Source: Podarcis bocagei
Taxonomy: Eukaryota
Reading direction: 5' to 3' (one strand)
Length of the DNA: 64,000 nucleotides
Assembly (NCBI GenBank): GCA_964188305.1
Contig: OZ076886.1
Shown: positions 1 to 13,013 of the stretch, one piece after another
How the letters are laid out: each line of letters opens with the position of its first letter
Position numbering within the stretch: position 1 is the stretch's first letter
The notes under the pieces: model-generated
What the model was told of the DNA's origin: nothing
Databases searched by the model: none
What the model saw: only the letters and a program-made list of their open reading frames with translations
Position numbers and translations under genes: made by a program

Positions 1-102
1 TTGAGCACTTCTGCCTTCTGTCACCCGAAAGCATTTCTTCATCTTCTCTGTGCAGAGGACGTACTACTTTCTTCAAACATGGCCAAATAAACCCTTTTAG
101 TA

Positions 103-333
103 CAGTGGTACCTTGGGTTACAGACACTTCAGGTTACAGACGCTTCAGGTTACAGACTCCGCTAACCTAGAAATAGTACCTCGGGTTAAGAACTTTGCTT
201 CAGGATGAGAACAGAAATCACGCGGCAGCAACGGGAGGCCCCATTAGCTAAAGTGGTGCTTCAGGTTAAGAACAGTTTCAGGTTAAGAACAGACCTCCAG
301 AATGAATTAAGTACTTAACCCGAGGTACCACTG
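103..333 (+). mobile_element. Tc1/mariner (pogo/Tigger-like) MITE, complete
   Basis: TIRs CAGTGGTACCTTGGGTTA / TAACCCGAGGTACCACTG, TA on both sides (101-102, 334-335), internal TTCAGGTTA repeats; many copies in window. Strand is relative to this copy. Confidence 0.92.
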
Positions 334-1767
334 TACTTCTTAACCTCTCTGGCAAGTGTGCAAAATATTGCTTCAAAATAATCTTCAAAAATGATGGGCT
401 CCATTCTTATGTTTCCCCGCTAGGGTTGTCAGCTCTTACTACAGGCATGGGCCCTAGTCCTTTGAATCTCCTGCTGAAGAGAGAGAAAAGCCAGACCTGA
501 TTCCTCCTGCCCATTCCTCCCACATCCTCTCTTCTCCCTCAGGTAAGGTAGGAGGTAATGTGAGAGGCCTGCAAAAGGAATGGACAAGAAAAGGAGCCAC
601 AGGTACCTTTTCTCACACTTAAACTGGAGATTTAAAGGGTAACACCTGGTGTTTGGCCTAAGAGGTGGTTTGCATGTGTTCAAATTTAGAACTTTGTGTT
701 CTAGTGCATTGGTGAGGCAGGGGCATTAGTCCAGTCAGTGGCTGGGTTTGGAGAGACAGGTGTTTAGCTCTAGTTGGTTGTGCTAAACCCTTATAATTAT
801 AGCTGATGATTCAGATGGTGCAGGATTTGCCTTATGTCTTTAATTACCAGATACATGAGACAAACATGGGTTCTCATGGTCCTCCCTCAGTGTGGACTTC
901 CCTGAACCATCTGCCTGCTGGGCTAAATCATTATTAGGCTTGCTAGAGCTATCATTCCTGAAAACAGAGCTTCCTGAAAAATAAGGCGGCAATAATAAGG
1001 ATTTCATCTTCATTTGTGGTCCTACCAGCCTGCTGGCTAGATTGTCTATCTCACTGTGTATCTTCAATGTTGAAGATTAAAGGAATTTTCTATCCACACA
1101 TGCTGGTTTAGTTAAGGGGAATCCCTGCCCGCCCCCGTACTTCCATGCCTCTCATATATGAGCTCTGATGTCGTCTTACAACCACCATTGTGAATTGCTT
1201 GTTGTTTCTTGTAGCTTCAGGCACCTCACATCTTTCCTGGTTGCTGCTCATAAAGCAGAGGGCCATTGAAACGAAGCCAATGCACTAGCAATTTGATGCC
1301 TGCTGGGGAGAAAGGTACTTAATAGGATCAAGCACCGATGAGCCTGAATGTATTTCCATGCCATTCTTGTTTAATCCCCTGCTAGATTTGTGTGTCTGGA
1401 TCCCCGAAAGTCAGATGCTTGCAAGAGATTCAACCATTTCATCCTGATCACAGAATGCCGCAAAGCAGAAATCAAGGAAGTTGCAACAAACATCTTGCTA
1501 AGCCAAAACAAGCATAGCTTTCTTGTTTTTCCACATAGTGGCAGGCAATTTGGAAACATGGTAGCCCCTTTGGAGTGAATTGACCCTGCAAAGTTTCAAA
1601 TGGGTAGGTCCAGGGGTTTTCATGCTAAGCACCTTTAAAATGTGCTTTTCCCCATTAAGTTTTTTTATATAAAAAGACTATGGGTGCTGACCCATGCTAA
1701 TTCTCATATTCCTGCATTTGCCTTGTGCTTTCCTTCCATCAAGATTTTGAAAACATCTGAGGGCTTA

Positions 1768-1818
1768 AAGAAGAAGAAGAAGAAGAAGAAGAAGAAGAAG
1801 AAGAAGAAGAAGAAGAAG
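1768..1818. repeat. (AAG)17 microsatellite
   Basis: Perfect trinucleotide run; explains the poly-K and poly-F ORFs. Confidence 0.97.
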
Positions 1819-4800
1819 GGTTGAGATGCTAGACACAGGCAGGCAGCATCAGGCAGACACTGGTGGGCAGCAGCATGAAGATATGCACAGGGGGAATAAT
1901 ACAGGCAAAGGAGTCTTTTGAGGGGTGGATTGTCAATAATGGGAAAAAATAAAATATTCATTGGAGTCATATAATAGATCCTATCATATAGGGGGTAGAT
2001 TACCACCACCACCAGTAGCAGCAGCAGGGAGGGTGAAATTACAATATTATTTAATATTAATAATATTCACTGTAGTTAGCAAAACAACAGCAACAACATC
2101 ATCAGAAAGCTGGGTAATAGGCCCACAAGGTGTGAGTTGTTAAATCATCAGCAAGCAGCAGCAAAGAGAATAAAATTGTGTACCATACAAGTAAGTTGTT
2201 GTATTGCTTGTTAACTGGTGACTACTTAGTAATTGGAAATGGTGGTGGTGGTGGTGGTGGTGATGATGATGATATCATAAGGGTGTGGTTGGCTGCTTTA
2301 ACAGTAAAGTGCTGGACTGTGTACATTGTACCCACAAGACAAACACATACAAGACAAAGTATTAATAAAGACGCCTTAATTATTTTTTGTATTTTTTAAA
2401 GTGATGTTTTATGTTTCAGAGTATACACCACCTTGAAGTTTAATGATATAGCAGTAAGACATACTTTTATAAATAGATAAATAAATTAGTGTTTATCCAC
2501 TGATAAAAAGCCACGTGTGGTTTGCAAGATTATGTGAATGTCCCCTGCAGGCAGCAAAGAGTTGTTTAGCTATGATTTTCCTACATCTACGAAGATAGAT
2601 GTAGGAAACAATATATCCTAATCTTTTCCTAAATGATATTTATTGCCATTATAATCAGATCACAATAGAGAAGCTAAGCAAAAGGAGATTAAGGTCTGTT
2701 GGAACACAGAGATCAGACAGTGTGACCAATCTTGTGTAGACAAGGGCCGAGACCTATATTTAAAAGCACCAAACCAGAATTTGCTTCTGACTTCTTTGCT
2801 TTAAATCACCAGGGCTCAAGCGTAATGTCAGTTTCATTTCAGGCAATTTTGCGAGACCCTTTCACTCCAGAGACAATTTCCAAGAATGCTGGGAATCTGT
2901 TTCAAACGGTGTAACATTGGATAAACTAACTCAAGGATGATCAACGTGGAGCATTCCAGAAGTTGAACTTCAGTGCCTGACAGTCCCAGCCAGCAGGGCC
3001 AACGATCAGGAGTGATCAGTTGTCGTACAACAAGTCTGGAGAGCATCGCGTTGGCTACCCCTGAACCAGCTAAAGAAAATGGCAGATCACACAGGCCGAG
3101 TCTAGTCTTAAATAGCTCCTGTTTTTCAAACAAGTTGTGATTTTTTAAAATGGAGGCTGCCATTGTCTGTCATGTTGCAAATTAAACAGACAATTTGGAG
3201 TGACATTGCATCTATTTGCCCCACCCTGGCCATAGGTCTGGACAGAATGTTTAAGAAAAACCACAACTTCCAGTCATTTTAAATAGTATATCCTCCCTCA
3301 GTCTCACAGACGCACATAGTCCTTTGTAGGCATTCCTTGGTCTTTCCTGGCCGATGAAGCTTCTGGTTTCTTGTTCCGACCAAGGGAAGGCTTGTGCACA
3401 TAAAACTACTTTCAACAGCTTCTATCAGTCAGGGATGTTGTTGTCAGGTAAACAGTCTGATCTCTGCAAAGGGCCCTGTAATTTACGGCTGAGATCAGCT
3501 CCACACCTTGGCTTAGCTTCAACAAATGCTTCTGCTGGAGCTGTAGTGCCAAATTGTCCTCCGCTCCATCTGCTTGCAATATCCACTTCCAAGCACATAA
3601 AACCCATTAACATCCTCACAAACCAGCCTGTTTTATCAAGCTCCATATGAATGACTTCAGAACAATTACAAGGGGACCAGGGAGGGAGGGGGAATTACTA
3701 AAACACATAGCACTCATCATTAATAGCTTGTTATATACAAAACTGATGTATATAGCTATCATATACTACACTTGATCCACTGCATAAATGTTTTCTTTAG
3801 CATATTTCTAATGTTGTTAATTTATCTGTTGCTGTCACACTGGGGCTGTTAGCTTTGAACAAATGGCTGGTATTAATCACCAGAGAGCCATTATGCACAA
3901 CCACCCTGGTGCTAAATCAATGCCAGAGTGGCACTTGAGGAATACTCATGGAGAAATTAAAATTTGCCTGGATGATGTTCTCGTGGGTAATGCCTTGGAG
4001 AGGGATGTCATGTTGAATATCGAGCCTTCATGCAGAACATGTTCTGTCAAGGAAACATTGGTGACTTTTGTTGGGTACAATGTCTTAACAATATCACACT
4101 TTAAAAACTGGAACATTGTGACGTTTTCTCCAGTTACTTACTGAGGGTTTCTTTTTTTAAAAAAGCAAAAAAAGCATCTTTACAATGCCATTCCATTATG
4201 CAGCTGCATTTGTATTCCATTATAATAATGGTCCTCATAGTTACATTTGTGAACATAGCACCCTCCACCAATTAGTGCATTAGGTCTCTCAGTAAAGTCA
4301 GATAGTGTATTCAGGATATCATTATTTCAAAAATAAAAATAGGTTGGAAGCTAGGAAAGAGGACTGATGTTGAAAATATAAATGAACATGGTTGGAGGCT
4401 TCGAAAATGAGACAGAAGGAAAAGAGAGAGACATCAGAAGGACAAAGCTCCACACTGAAGGGTCTATTTGGTTCCATCAAGATCCATATATCTAAAGGGC
4501 AGCTTTCATGGTAGCCATGCCAGACAGTTGCAGCAAAGGCAAGAACATCTTGGCACCAGATTAAGAAGCATCAAAATAATTATGTAATTTCATAATGCAT
4601 TTTAAGGTGCCACAAGACATTTGTTAAGGTCTACATGGAATATGGGACAGATAGATGATAGGGAATAAGCTCACATCAAGTGCTGATAACCCCACCTCCC
4701 CAAATAATATGCACCACTGATACCAGCAATTGTTGTTGTTGTTGTTTCTTAACTCTTTCAGCCATGAGGTCCCAGAGCAGGTTACAGCAATTTAAAAATA

Positions 4801-4894
4801 CAGTATTATAAACAGTTAAAATATATTACAATCATGTTACAAGAGGAGAGGGTAGGTCCTAAATATATATAACTCAGCTGTCAAAGGGTTAGGG

Positions 4895-5100
4895 CAGAGC
4901 TTTCCAAAGTGTGTGTCACGACACATTAGTGTGTCGGCTGCGATGTGTAGGTGTGTCATGCGAACGCTCCACACGCTCCTTCCTGGGCTGAAAAGGGCTT
5001 AGTTTAACTTCCGGTTTGCTATTAAAACTGAATTACTGTGTCACGAAATGATGCATGTCTAAAAAGTGTGTCACCAACATGAAAGGTTTGGAAAGCTCTG
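4895..5100. mobile_element. hAT-type MITE
   Basis: Perfect 14-bp TIR CAGAGCTTTCCAAA/TTTGGAAAGCTCTG; 8-bp TSD GGTTAGGG (4887-4894, 5101-5108). Confidence 0.93.
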
Positions 5101-5901
5101 GGTTAGGGTAACAAATTGCATCTTCAGCATGTGATAAAAACTTTACCCTCCAACATGATGCAGCCTAAATCTGGGACACCATCTTCTGGGTCCGAAATAC
5201 CATGAGAGTCACATGACCCACCTGAGATTGCAGGCTATTCTCCATTTCTTGCCTCATGTGCTTCCTTTTCTTCTTCCTCCTCTGCTCATTCTTATCATGT
5301 CTTGCTTGGGAATTGATCACATGGAATTGACCTCGGCCTGTCTGTTGGCTATTAAAAGTACCTAGCCAAAATGCCAAAATGCCTTCGTCCTTGCCAAAAT
5401 CCCTTCATCTGAACATCTTACCTAGTAAAGCCTGTATATGTTTCCTGCTGCTTGCCCTTGTGCCCTGACTTTAAGCCTCTCTTCAGCGGCTCTCATCGTG
5501 AAGGAAGGCATCAGACAACTCCAAGGCTTAACACTTGCATGGCATGCCAAAGACATCTGTGCTTCCAGAGGACAGCTACATCCACTCAGTTTTACCCACA
5601 GTGTTTGATAGAAGCCTTTTTGTGATGAGATTTCAGTAGCCTGGAAGCATTAGCAATGGGATGATGGCCCTGTGCCTCTTGCCAAAGATGTGTCATTGTA
5701 GCAATGTGAGGTCCACCCTCCCCAGTCCTGATTAATGCCTGTGACCTGTGATTGGCAGCCCTCATTTTGCTAAAATCCCTCATTCCAGCAGCTACAGTCA
5801 GTGTATTCAACATGGTAGCCTCTAGAAGTTGCTGCATTAGAACTCCCACCACCCCTGATCATTGGTAATGCTGTCTGGGGTTGATGACAGGAGTCCAGTA
5901 T

Positions 5902-6105
5902 GAGCCAGTGTGATGCAATTCTTCAAGTGTTGGAAGAGAGAGACCAGAGAAACCAGTGCTGAAATCCCCACTCAGCTGTGAAGTTGATGGGTTGATCTTA
6001 GGTCAGTCACGGTCTCTCAGTCTAACCTACACCACAGGATAAAAGGAGGCTGGGGAGAACTGTGTGCACCGTTCCTCATAGGAAAGGTTGGGAATAAACG
6101 CAATA
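5902..6105 (+). mobile_element. Old Squam3/MIR-like tRNA-derived SINE
   Basis: Starts GAGCCAGTGTG; core 'ggtcagtcac..tctctcagtctaacctac' shared with 48107 and 62368. Confidence 0.65.
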
Positions 6106-6155
6106 GGTATATAAATGCAGGTCAGCACACTGGCTCCCTCCGAGCTACAGCAATA

Positions 6156-6539
6156 GGTAAATGTAAAAGGTAAAGATAAAGGACCCCTGGACAGTTAAGT
6201 CCAGTCAAAGGCGATTATGGTGTGCGACGCTCATTTCGCTTTGCAGGCCAAGGAAGCCAACGTTTGTCCACAGACAGCTTTCCAGGTCATGTGGCCAGCA
6301 TGACTAAACCGCTTCTGGAGCAATGGAACACCGTGATGGAAGCCAGAGTGCACAGAAACACCATTTACCTTCCCACCACAGCGGTACCTATTTATCTACT
6401 TGCACTGGCGTGCTTTCGAACTTCTAGATTGGCAGAAGCTGGGACAGAGCAACAGGCACGTTGTGGGGATTCGAACCACGACCTTCTGATCAGCAAGCCC
6501 AAGAGGCTCGGTGGTTTAGACCACAGCGCCACCTGCATT
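6156..6539 (-). mobile_element. Sauria SINE (Squam1), long subtype
   Basis: Reverse complement of the other copies, (ACCTTT)-like tail; TSD CTACAGCAATA (6145-6155, 6540-6550). Confidence 0.93.
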
Positions 6540-7726
6540 CTACAGCAATATTGAATAGTATGGTAATACTACTACTGCTGCTACTACTACTACTAATTAT
6601 TGTAATGTTTGAAAACAAATCCCAAGTAGAATCATTTGCAAATTCCACGCACCTCTAATTATTTCATTTTGATATTTCATGAATACATTCTCCCGCTCCA
6701 GCTTAATATCTACATTTATTAGGTAATCTAGTCCTGCTTGGCAGAGAAACTGCAACTGATGCCTGCAGGTAAATAGGCAGGCATGCAACAAAAGGCTTTC
6801 ATCTCTTTGCTCTCTGCTCTATTGCTAGGATGGTAAGGAAGAGGGGGCTCTCCCCCTCTCATTTTCCTCCCCTTTTAAGTCTGAGCTAAACGGTAGCTGT
6901 TCCAAAGCATTAGGCTGGCCCATGAATACTCTGCAAGAGATGAAGGGCTGGGGTGGCGGTGAGGGGGAGAGAAGCAGTGATGTATTTTAAAAGTGATGGT
7001 CGTAAGTCCTAACTTGAAAGCATTAGTGTAAATTCTTTTGCAAGTAATGTGTTCTTAATTATTCATTTTCCTTGGCACTGGCTAAAGACTCAAGTAACGG
7101 CTTCTGTCTCTTCATATTTAGTGTATTATTGTTTGAAAAAGGCCAGGGGAAGGCCAGAGTGGCGCAAAAATTATTTTCACTCTTTTAAAAATATATATTG
7201 TACGTTCACCAAGAGCCAGACTAAAGGGGGAACATAATAGCCAGCAGCTGACAGACAATGACATTTTTATAGACCTCCTGGCAAAAGCCCAGTGAGAGAG
7301 AAGCTGACAGGTATTTGGCTCAACTTTCTGGGCTTTTAGCAGCATTCTGCTACAGGCGAACTGCTGAGGGGTCCCAGCAACAAGGAACTACAGGGTTTGA
7401 TTTCTCTCTCCTACCCCACCCCCTTTTGCTCTGAAGATGCCTCTTGCAGCAGCCGTATGTTTAGTTTCCATCATTTTGCTGTTCTTCACTTTGGGGAAAC
7501 TTACATAAAAGGTTGAAGTGAGCCCAGCTGCAGGCGGGCTCCTTTAAGGCACTGGTGTGTGAAGTTTATTTGTTTGAACTTTCTCAAAGCTGGCAGGCGG
7601 CATAAAATAAATGTGGGCACAGCTCAGAGGGAAAGGACATAACTGAGCCTAGCAAAGCTCTTCTAATGGTCCATCTAGCCCAGTATTAGTCTGTCTTCCT
7701 AGCAGCTGGTCCTCAAGGACATAGCA

Positions 7727-7769
<43 letters not shown>

Positions 7770-7789
7770 ACTATTATTATTATTATTAT
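7727..7789. repeat. (GAT)n(TAT)n compound microsatellite
   Basis: Direct inspection. Confidence 0.93.
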
Positions 7790-8927
7790 TCCTCACTTCA
7801 AGCTTCTAACAGATTAATATTTAAGCAAGATACCAAGCAGTGGGACAGATGCCTTGGTTAACAGGCTGTCTTGGTTAACAGCTACTAATATTTCAGACTT
7901 CCGAGAATTCGGAACTTCTTTGAGCTATGCTGTACTATTGGTAGTTTTACTGCATCCTGTTCAAAAGGCTGATTTGGAACTCATGCATTTCCATTCCTTT
8001 TAAAATGATTGAGCAGTGATTTTTATCACATCTTCCGTTCTAGTACTTTGAATAACAGCAAGCAAATACTTCTTTTTTCCTAATCCATGAATCTGAATGA
8101 TTCTTATTTCCAATTAATAGGCTTGTCTTTCCCGATATGTCCTGGTTTTGGGGTGTTAAAATGGAATGGGAACGGAAACAGCTCATAAAGCTTAAAATCG
8201 CTGTTTTAGGGGAAATTTTGAGGTCTCCCTTAAAAAAAAGATAAACTACTTTGCAGGTGTCTGGAATATTATTTTTTGAAATATGGCAATCCTACCAATT
8301 GAGCAGGTTCAGGATTGCAGGTGAATGGCTGGTTCACACAACACCTTCTTCCTGTGCTAGAGAAGTCTCGAGTTGCCTTTGGTTACAGACTTGGCATAAG
8401 AGAAATCAGAGACAACTGGATGGTATAGTCTTGCCGGCACATTGGGTGGAACCAGCGTTGCTGGGCCATGTACGATTCAGCTCATCCTGAGACTAAAAAT
8501 GTGTGCATGGCCAAGGGTAGATAGCTCTGGTTTGCTCACATGTAGATGTGTAACCAGTCCAAATACACTTCTGTCAGTTAGCAGTAACCATTCTACTAGG
8601 CTGCCTGAACTGATTCCATCCTGGTAAAAGAACAATAGCTTTAAGAACTGATGCCCAAATTTACATTTTCCTCCTCCCTCCTCATCTCTTTTTCCTTTTG
8701 TGTTTTGTATTTTAGATTGTAAGCTTAGCTGGTGAAGGCTGAAGAAGAGTCCTATGGAGAATAAGAATTTGCAGGTTTAGGGAGGGGGTGGGAGATGGAA
8801 AGCTGGGACATCCTTGCTGCAGGATAGTCAGATTCACCTTGTTAAACTATGATAGCAAAGGGAGAATGCTCTTGCTTGAGGGAAACAGCCAAGAGATTTT
8901 GAAAGAAGCCAGAGAGAGAGAAGTTTC

Positions 8928-9276
8928 GTGGTGCTGTGGATTAAACCACAGAGCCTAGGACTTCCTGATCAGAAGGTTGGCAGTTCGAATCCCCACAATG
9001 GGGTGAGCTCCCGTTGCTCGGTCCCTGCTCCTGCCAACCTAACAGTTCGAAAGCACATCAAAGTGCAAGTAGATAAATAGGTACTGCTCTCGTGGGAAGG
9101 TAAATGGCGTTTCCAAGCGCTGCTCTGGTTCGCCAGAAGCGGCTTAGTCATGCTGGCCACATGACCCGGAAACTGTACACCGGCTCCCTCAGCCAATAAA
9201 GCAAGATGAGCGCCGCAACTCCAGAGTCGGCCACGACTGGACCTAATGGTCAGGGGTCCCTTTACCTTTACCTTTA
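8928..9276 (+). mobile_element. Sauria SINE (Squam1), slightly 5'-truncated
   Basis: A box/B box (GTTCGAATCC) head, conserved body, (ACCTTT)n tail. Confidence 0.93.
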
Positions 9277-10370
9277 AAATTGCCACCAAATTCCAGTCAA
9301 GGGGAAATGGAGGTCAATTTGGTGCATTTTGTTTGGGCAAATTCCCACTGCCCACACCTTGAGACAAAGGGGATGGGAACAAAATGTGTTAGAATAAGGC
9401 TAGTGAAATGGTTTGAGTGGATTGGGGTTTGTGACACACACAAAAGTCACAAAAACTTTCCAAAATAGACACATGAGCTCACCCAGTGCTTTTTCTTTGT
9501 CTGTGTGTTTGGTGTGTGCGACCACAACAGTTTATTTAGCTTGCAGATGTGTCCACAGACTGTTTGGCGATCCCTGGCATAAGAAGTGCAGCATTCAAGA
9601 AACTGAGTATTTTTCACTTCCCTTAATATTTCTGGGCATAAGATGATGGTCAGTGGGAGTCAGAATACCTGTTAGGCTCTCTCCAAATGCCTCTGAACAA
9701 CTTTAGCTCCCTATTGGTCATTTCTTTTCAAGAAGGGCTAGTCTGGAAGCAACAATCGGTGCTTGATTTCACAGGAACAAGGCCAAATACTTTAAACCAT
9801 GCTGGGCAGTTATTCAAGCCGTGGCTCAAGAGTCCACATCACTCCAAAACCCAATTGTCTGAACTTTGGCATGCTTCACCAGGAACTGCCACAACTCATC
9901 CCCTATTCCTTTCAGTGGAATGAAAGCATGTGGTGGATTGTGCCCTCCTGATGGGCATCCGCTGCTAGCCGGTAATAAAGGAGGCAGTATTATTTTTCCT
10001 TTTTTAAGAATGGACCATGATTCTTTCCTTTCCTTTTGTGGGGATAACATGAAAAGTGACTTTCAGGTGATTTTAAAACACACTAAAAATAGTCACCTGG
10101 TGATTTCATCTATACCAGATGGGGTGTCCTCCCCTGCTCCCCGCTTTCAAGCAGATCTCTTTGCTCATAAAAGTTGATTAAGCCCCATCTCTACTTACAA
10201 AGCATCTTAGAACTGACCAGAGCACACTGCTATGCTCACTGCCTCTGTTCCAAGTATCTTCTCAGGAAATGGAGGGGATTCCGGCAGCAGCCAGTAAATC
10301 TCTCTTGTTTCCTCTGCGTCTTCCCTTTAGGGCAGGGTGGTGGTGGTTTCAGATAACATCTCCAAATGGC

Positions 10371-10630
10371 TGGAAGCAATTTGCAGCGCACATTAATTGC
10401 AGTCTTCTGCCGAACGCCTCTAAGCGCTTAATAACTTTGTAATTAAAGTGCAATTAACAAATTATCTTGTATACATCAAAGGGGATGATGCTGTTGTTGT
10501 TTATGAGGAGTTAATTAGCCTGTGTCATTGAGAGACCCTTGGGGGCATCTTCAAGAGCGGGGAACACTTTCTACACATGTACGAGGTTAATGGTGTCAGC
10601 GGCATGTGAATGAATCAATTGTCCTTTGAC
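10371..10630. promoter_or_regulatory. Candidate conserved non-coding element / enhancer
   Basis: No repeat recognised; clustered TAATTA/ATTA motifs and TCF/LEF-type ACATCAAAGG (10473-10482). Motif evidence only. Confidence 0.3.
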
Positions 10631-11569
10631 GGGATGCTGTACTCCGTGTGCAGAGATGGGCCAGGTAGAGGGGCTGTGTGTCCTAGTCATCCCATTGTCA
10701 GGAAATAGCAGCTTCTCATTCAGATATGTCTGACAGATGACCAGGGCCCCTAATGAAGGACTCCAGCTTTTTAATTCTGAATTTTGTGAAATTCTGACTA
10801 TATCATCTGAAGTAAATTGAGGACCGGAATGGATGTCCATTCCCCACCATCACCTTCCTTTTTACAAATGTAATTTGAGTAGTTTGCTAACACAGTATAT
10901 ATATATATTTGCTGCTTTTTAAACTGGAGTATCTATTAATATGGTTGCCTTTTTAAAAAACAACCACTCAAGTTTCTGTATGCTGCCTTCACGAGAATGC
11001 TTATCAAATTTGGAGCCATGTGATTTAGTTGTCACTCTGCTATAAACCCCATAAACTTGCCTACCAGAGTACGTTACACAAAATTAACTAACTGTGTGAA
11101 AATGGCTTGCTGGATAATTTCAAAATCCTGTACTTTTTCATAAAACACAGGATTTGAATTGCCACTCTGTAGGTTAGGATTTGGTGTGGATTTATTCTTT
11201 TTTCTTGTTGAGCATACATTATTACTAACCCTGTCCCAACATTAATCATGTTAATTACTTTCCGGATAGACTGTGCTCAGAGAATGCTTTCAAAAAGTTA
11301 TTGCTATTTTTTGTAATATAATGGAGTATTTTTAATCAAGCCAAATGAAGCTTAAAAGTGTTGGAAATGCCTGCTTTCCTTTCATTCTTTGCTTGTTGAA
11401 AGTCTGCCTAACGGCAGCACATAAGAAAAAGGAGATTTTGTGTTTCCAAAGAGAGGAATGGAACAAAATGGTTTCAAGACTTCTCACAGTGTTTAATTTC
11501 CTGTTTCCAGCTAAGGTAACAATGCAATTAGGATATATTTTTAACTTTATCATTATATTAGTGAAATGC

Positions 11570-11715
11570 CCTAGACTGGCCTTTCGTGACCTGGTATCCT
11601 CTAAAAGATTTGGACTACAATTCCCATCCTCCTTGACCATTGGTCATGGTGGATGGGACTGATGGGAGATGTAATCCAAACATCTGGAAGGCACCGTGGT
11701 AGGGAATGTTGCCCA
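11570..11715. mobile_element. Common squamate short MITE ('actacaattcccatc...gatgggag' family)
   Basis: Internal inverted repeat GGACTACAATTCCCATC...GATGGGAGATGTAATCC; degraded relatives near 5790-5900, 26420-26680, 28200-28300, 36312-36435, 40170-40305, 41845-41930, 63505-63725. Confidence 0.6.
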
Positions 11716-12771
11716 TGTCAATTGCTACCCCGTACAGCCTCACAGACTGTTGTTCCAGAGCCAAAAATCCCTCTCCGTCCTTCGAAATATCTTCAGCCCA
11801 TTTCTGACCTTGGTATGTTCCACCTCCCACTTAAGGATTGCCATTGGTGTCTCACAGCTGAATCATGGAGCTTTTTCACAAGCAAAGCAAAAATGCATTT
11901 TAGTCTGAAAATAACGCATCCCTTGTAAATGCTATTATGCTGATATTGAAAGAAGTGTGTGGGGGTACTGTTTCAAAATGAGATGCATTTTTAGTCATTG
12001 TGGGAGTTTTATTTGTTTGACAGGCCTGGGAAAAGTGTGTGTGTGTGTGTTTAATCAATGTAAGCATTGCTTACTAAAATGGTTCCAGAGGAAGAGAAAT
12101 AGACAGCTTCCGGTCTGCTCTGCTCTGTTCAGATCTTGGAAATCTCTTCCACGCAGCAAGTAACCAGCTCAGCAGTCTGGCTTGGACCACTAGTTTTCCC
12201 AGAGTTTAGTGGTTACTCTCTCGAAATTTGCAATATTGGAACATCATTCTAAATCCGGAGAAAGCTCAGCTCTTTATTCTTGGCGTGAGAAATGGACTTG
12301 CCATTGGAGGACCAGGGAATTTGCTCTTTCTGCAGAACAGAGAGCCTGAAACAATAGAAGTTCAATGTTCACCAAAAAGTCTAATTTTACTAATATGATT
12401 TTTCAAGCAAAATGTTATGTGCCATTTGGCATTCACGTGTTTTCCACTTGTTTAGGTTTCTGAGAGGTTTTGAATATGAAATAAAGCCTGTGTCTGAGTG
12501 GGGCAGAGCTGTTACACTAGCTTTTTGGCAAGGCGGGTCGCTGTTGCTTACCAGGAGGGAGAGGTGGAGAGGCAAGGCAGTGGGGAGCTTTGTGTTGTGC
12601 AAAGAAATCAGCAGGAACACGAGATTGGAGCCCCAACATTTCTGCTGCTTCACCTCTCCAGCACTCCCTTCTGGTAGGCACCAGTGATCCATCTGCCAGG
12701 ATATTGGCACCCCACCCAGCAAACCACTTTCTGCAGCCTCAGCCATTAGAGATCTCAGCTAATTTTGTAGG

Positions 12772-13013
12772 CAGTGGCAGAGCGTCACGCTCCAACAGAA
12801 GGGGCAGAGAGCAGGCGGGGGCATGGCTGGTGCGCATCCCGGGGGTGGGGTGTGCCCCCTGCAGGGGCATGGCATGCATCCTGGGGGTGGGGCACGCCAC
12901 CTGCAGGGGCATGGCACCCAGTGCGGGTGGGAGAGCAGCCGCAATGGCACCCTACCGGGATCGTGCTGTCGGAGGCGGTGCACTCCCCCCGCATTCCTCT
13001 TCCTCCGCCAGTG
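12772..13013. mobile_element. GC-rich hAT-type MITE with internal tandem repeat
   Basis: TIR CAGTGGCAGAG / CTCCGCCAGTG; 8-bp TSD TTTGTAGG (12764-12771, 13014-13021). Confidence 0.9.

Noticed and set aside
103-333. Repeated TTCAGGTTA units resembling a CRISPR array
   Set aside because: Short subterminal repeats inside a TA-flanked MITE in a vertebrate genome; no regular repeat-spacer period and no cas genes
1642-2012. Poly-Lys and poly-Phe ORFs
   Set aside because: Translation of the (AAG)17 microsatellite
4600-4625. TTTAAGGTGCCACAAGAC, similar to a Penelope terminus
   Set aside because: Too short, with no hammerhead core or TSD nearby
8735-8925. Purine-rich LTR-like fragment
   Set aside because: No TG...CA boundaries or TSD could be established
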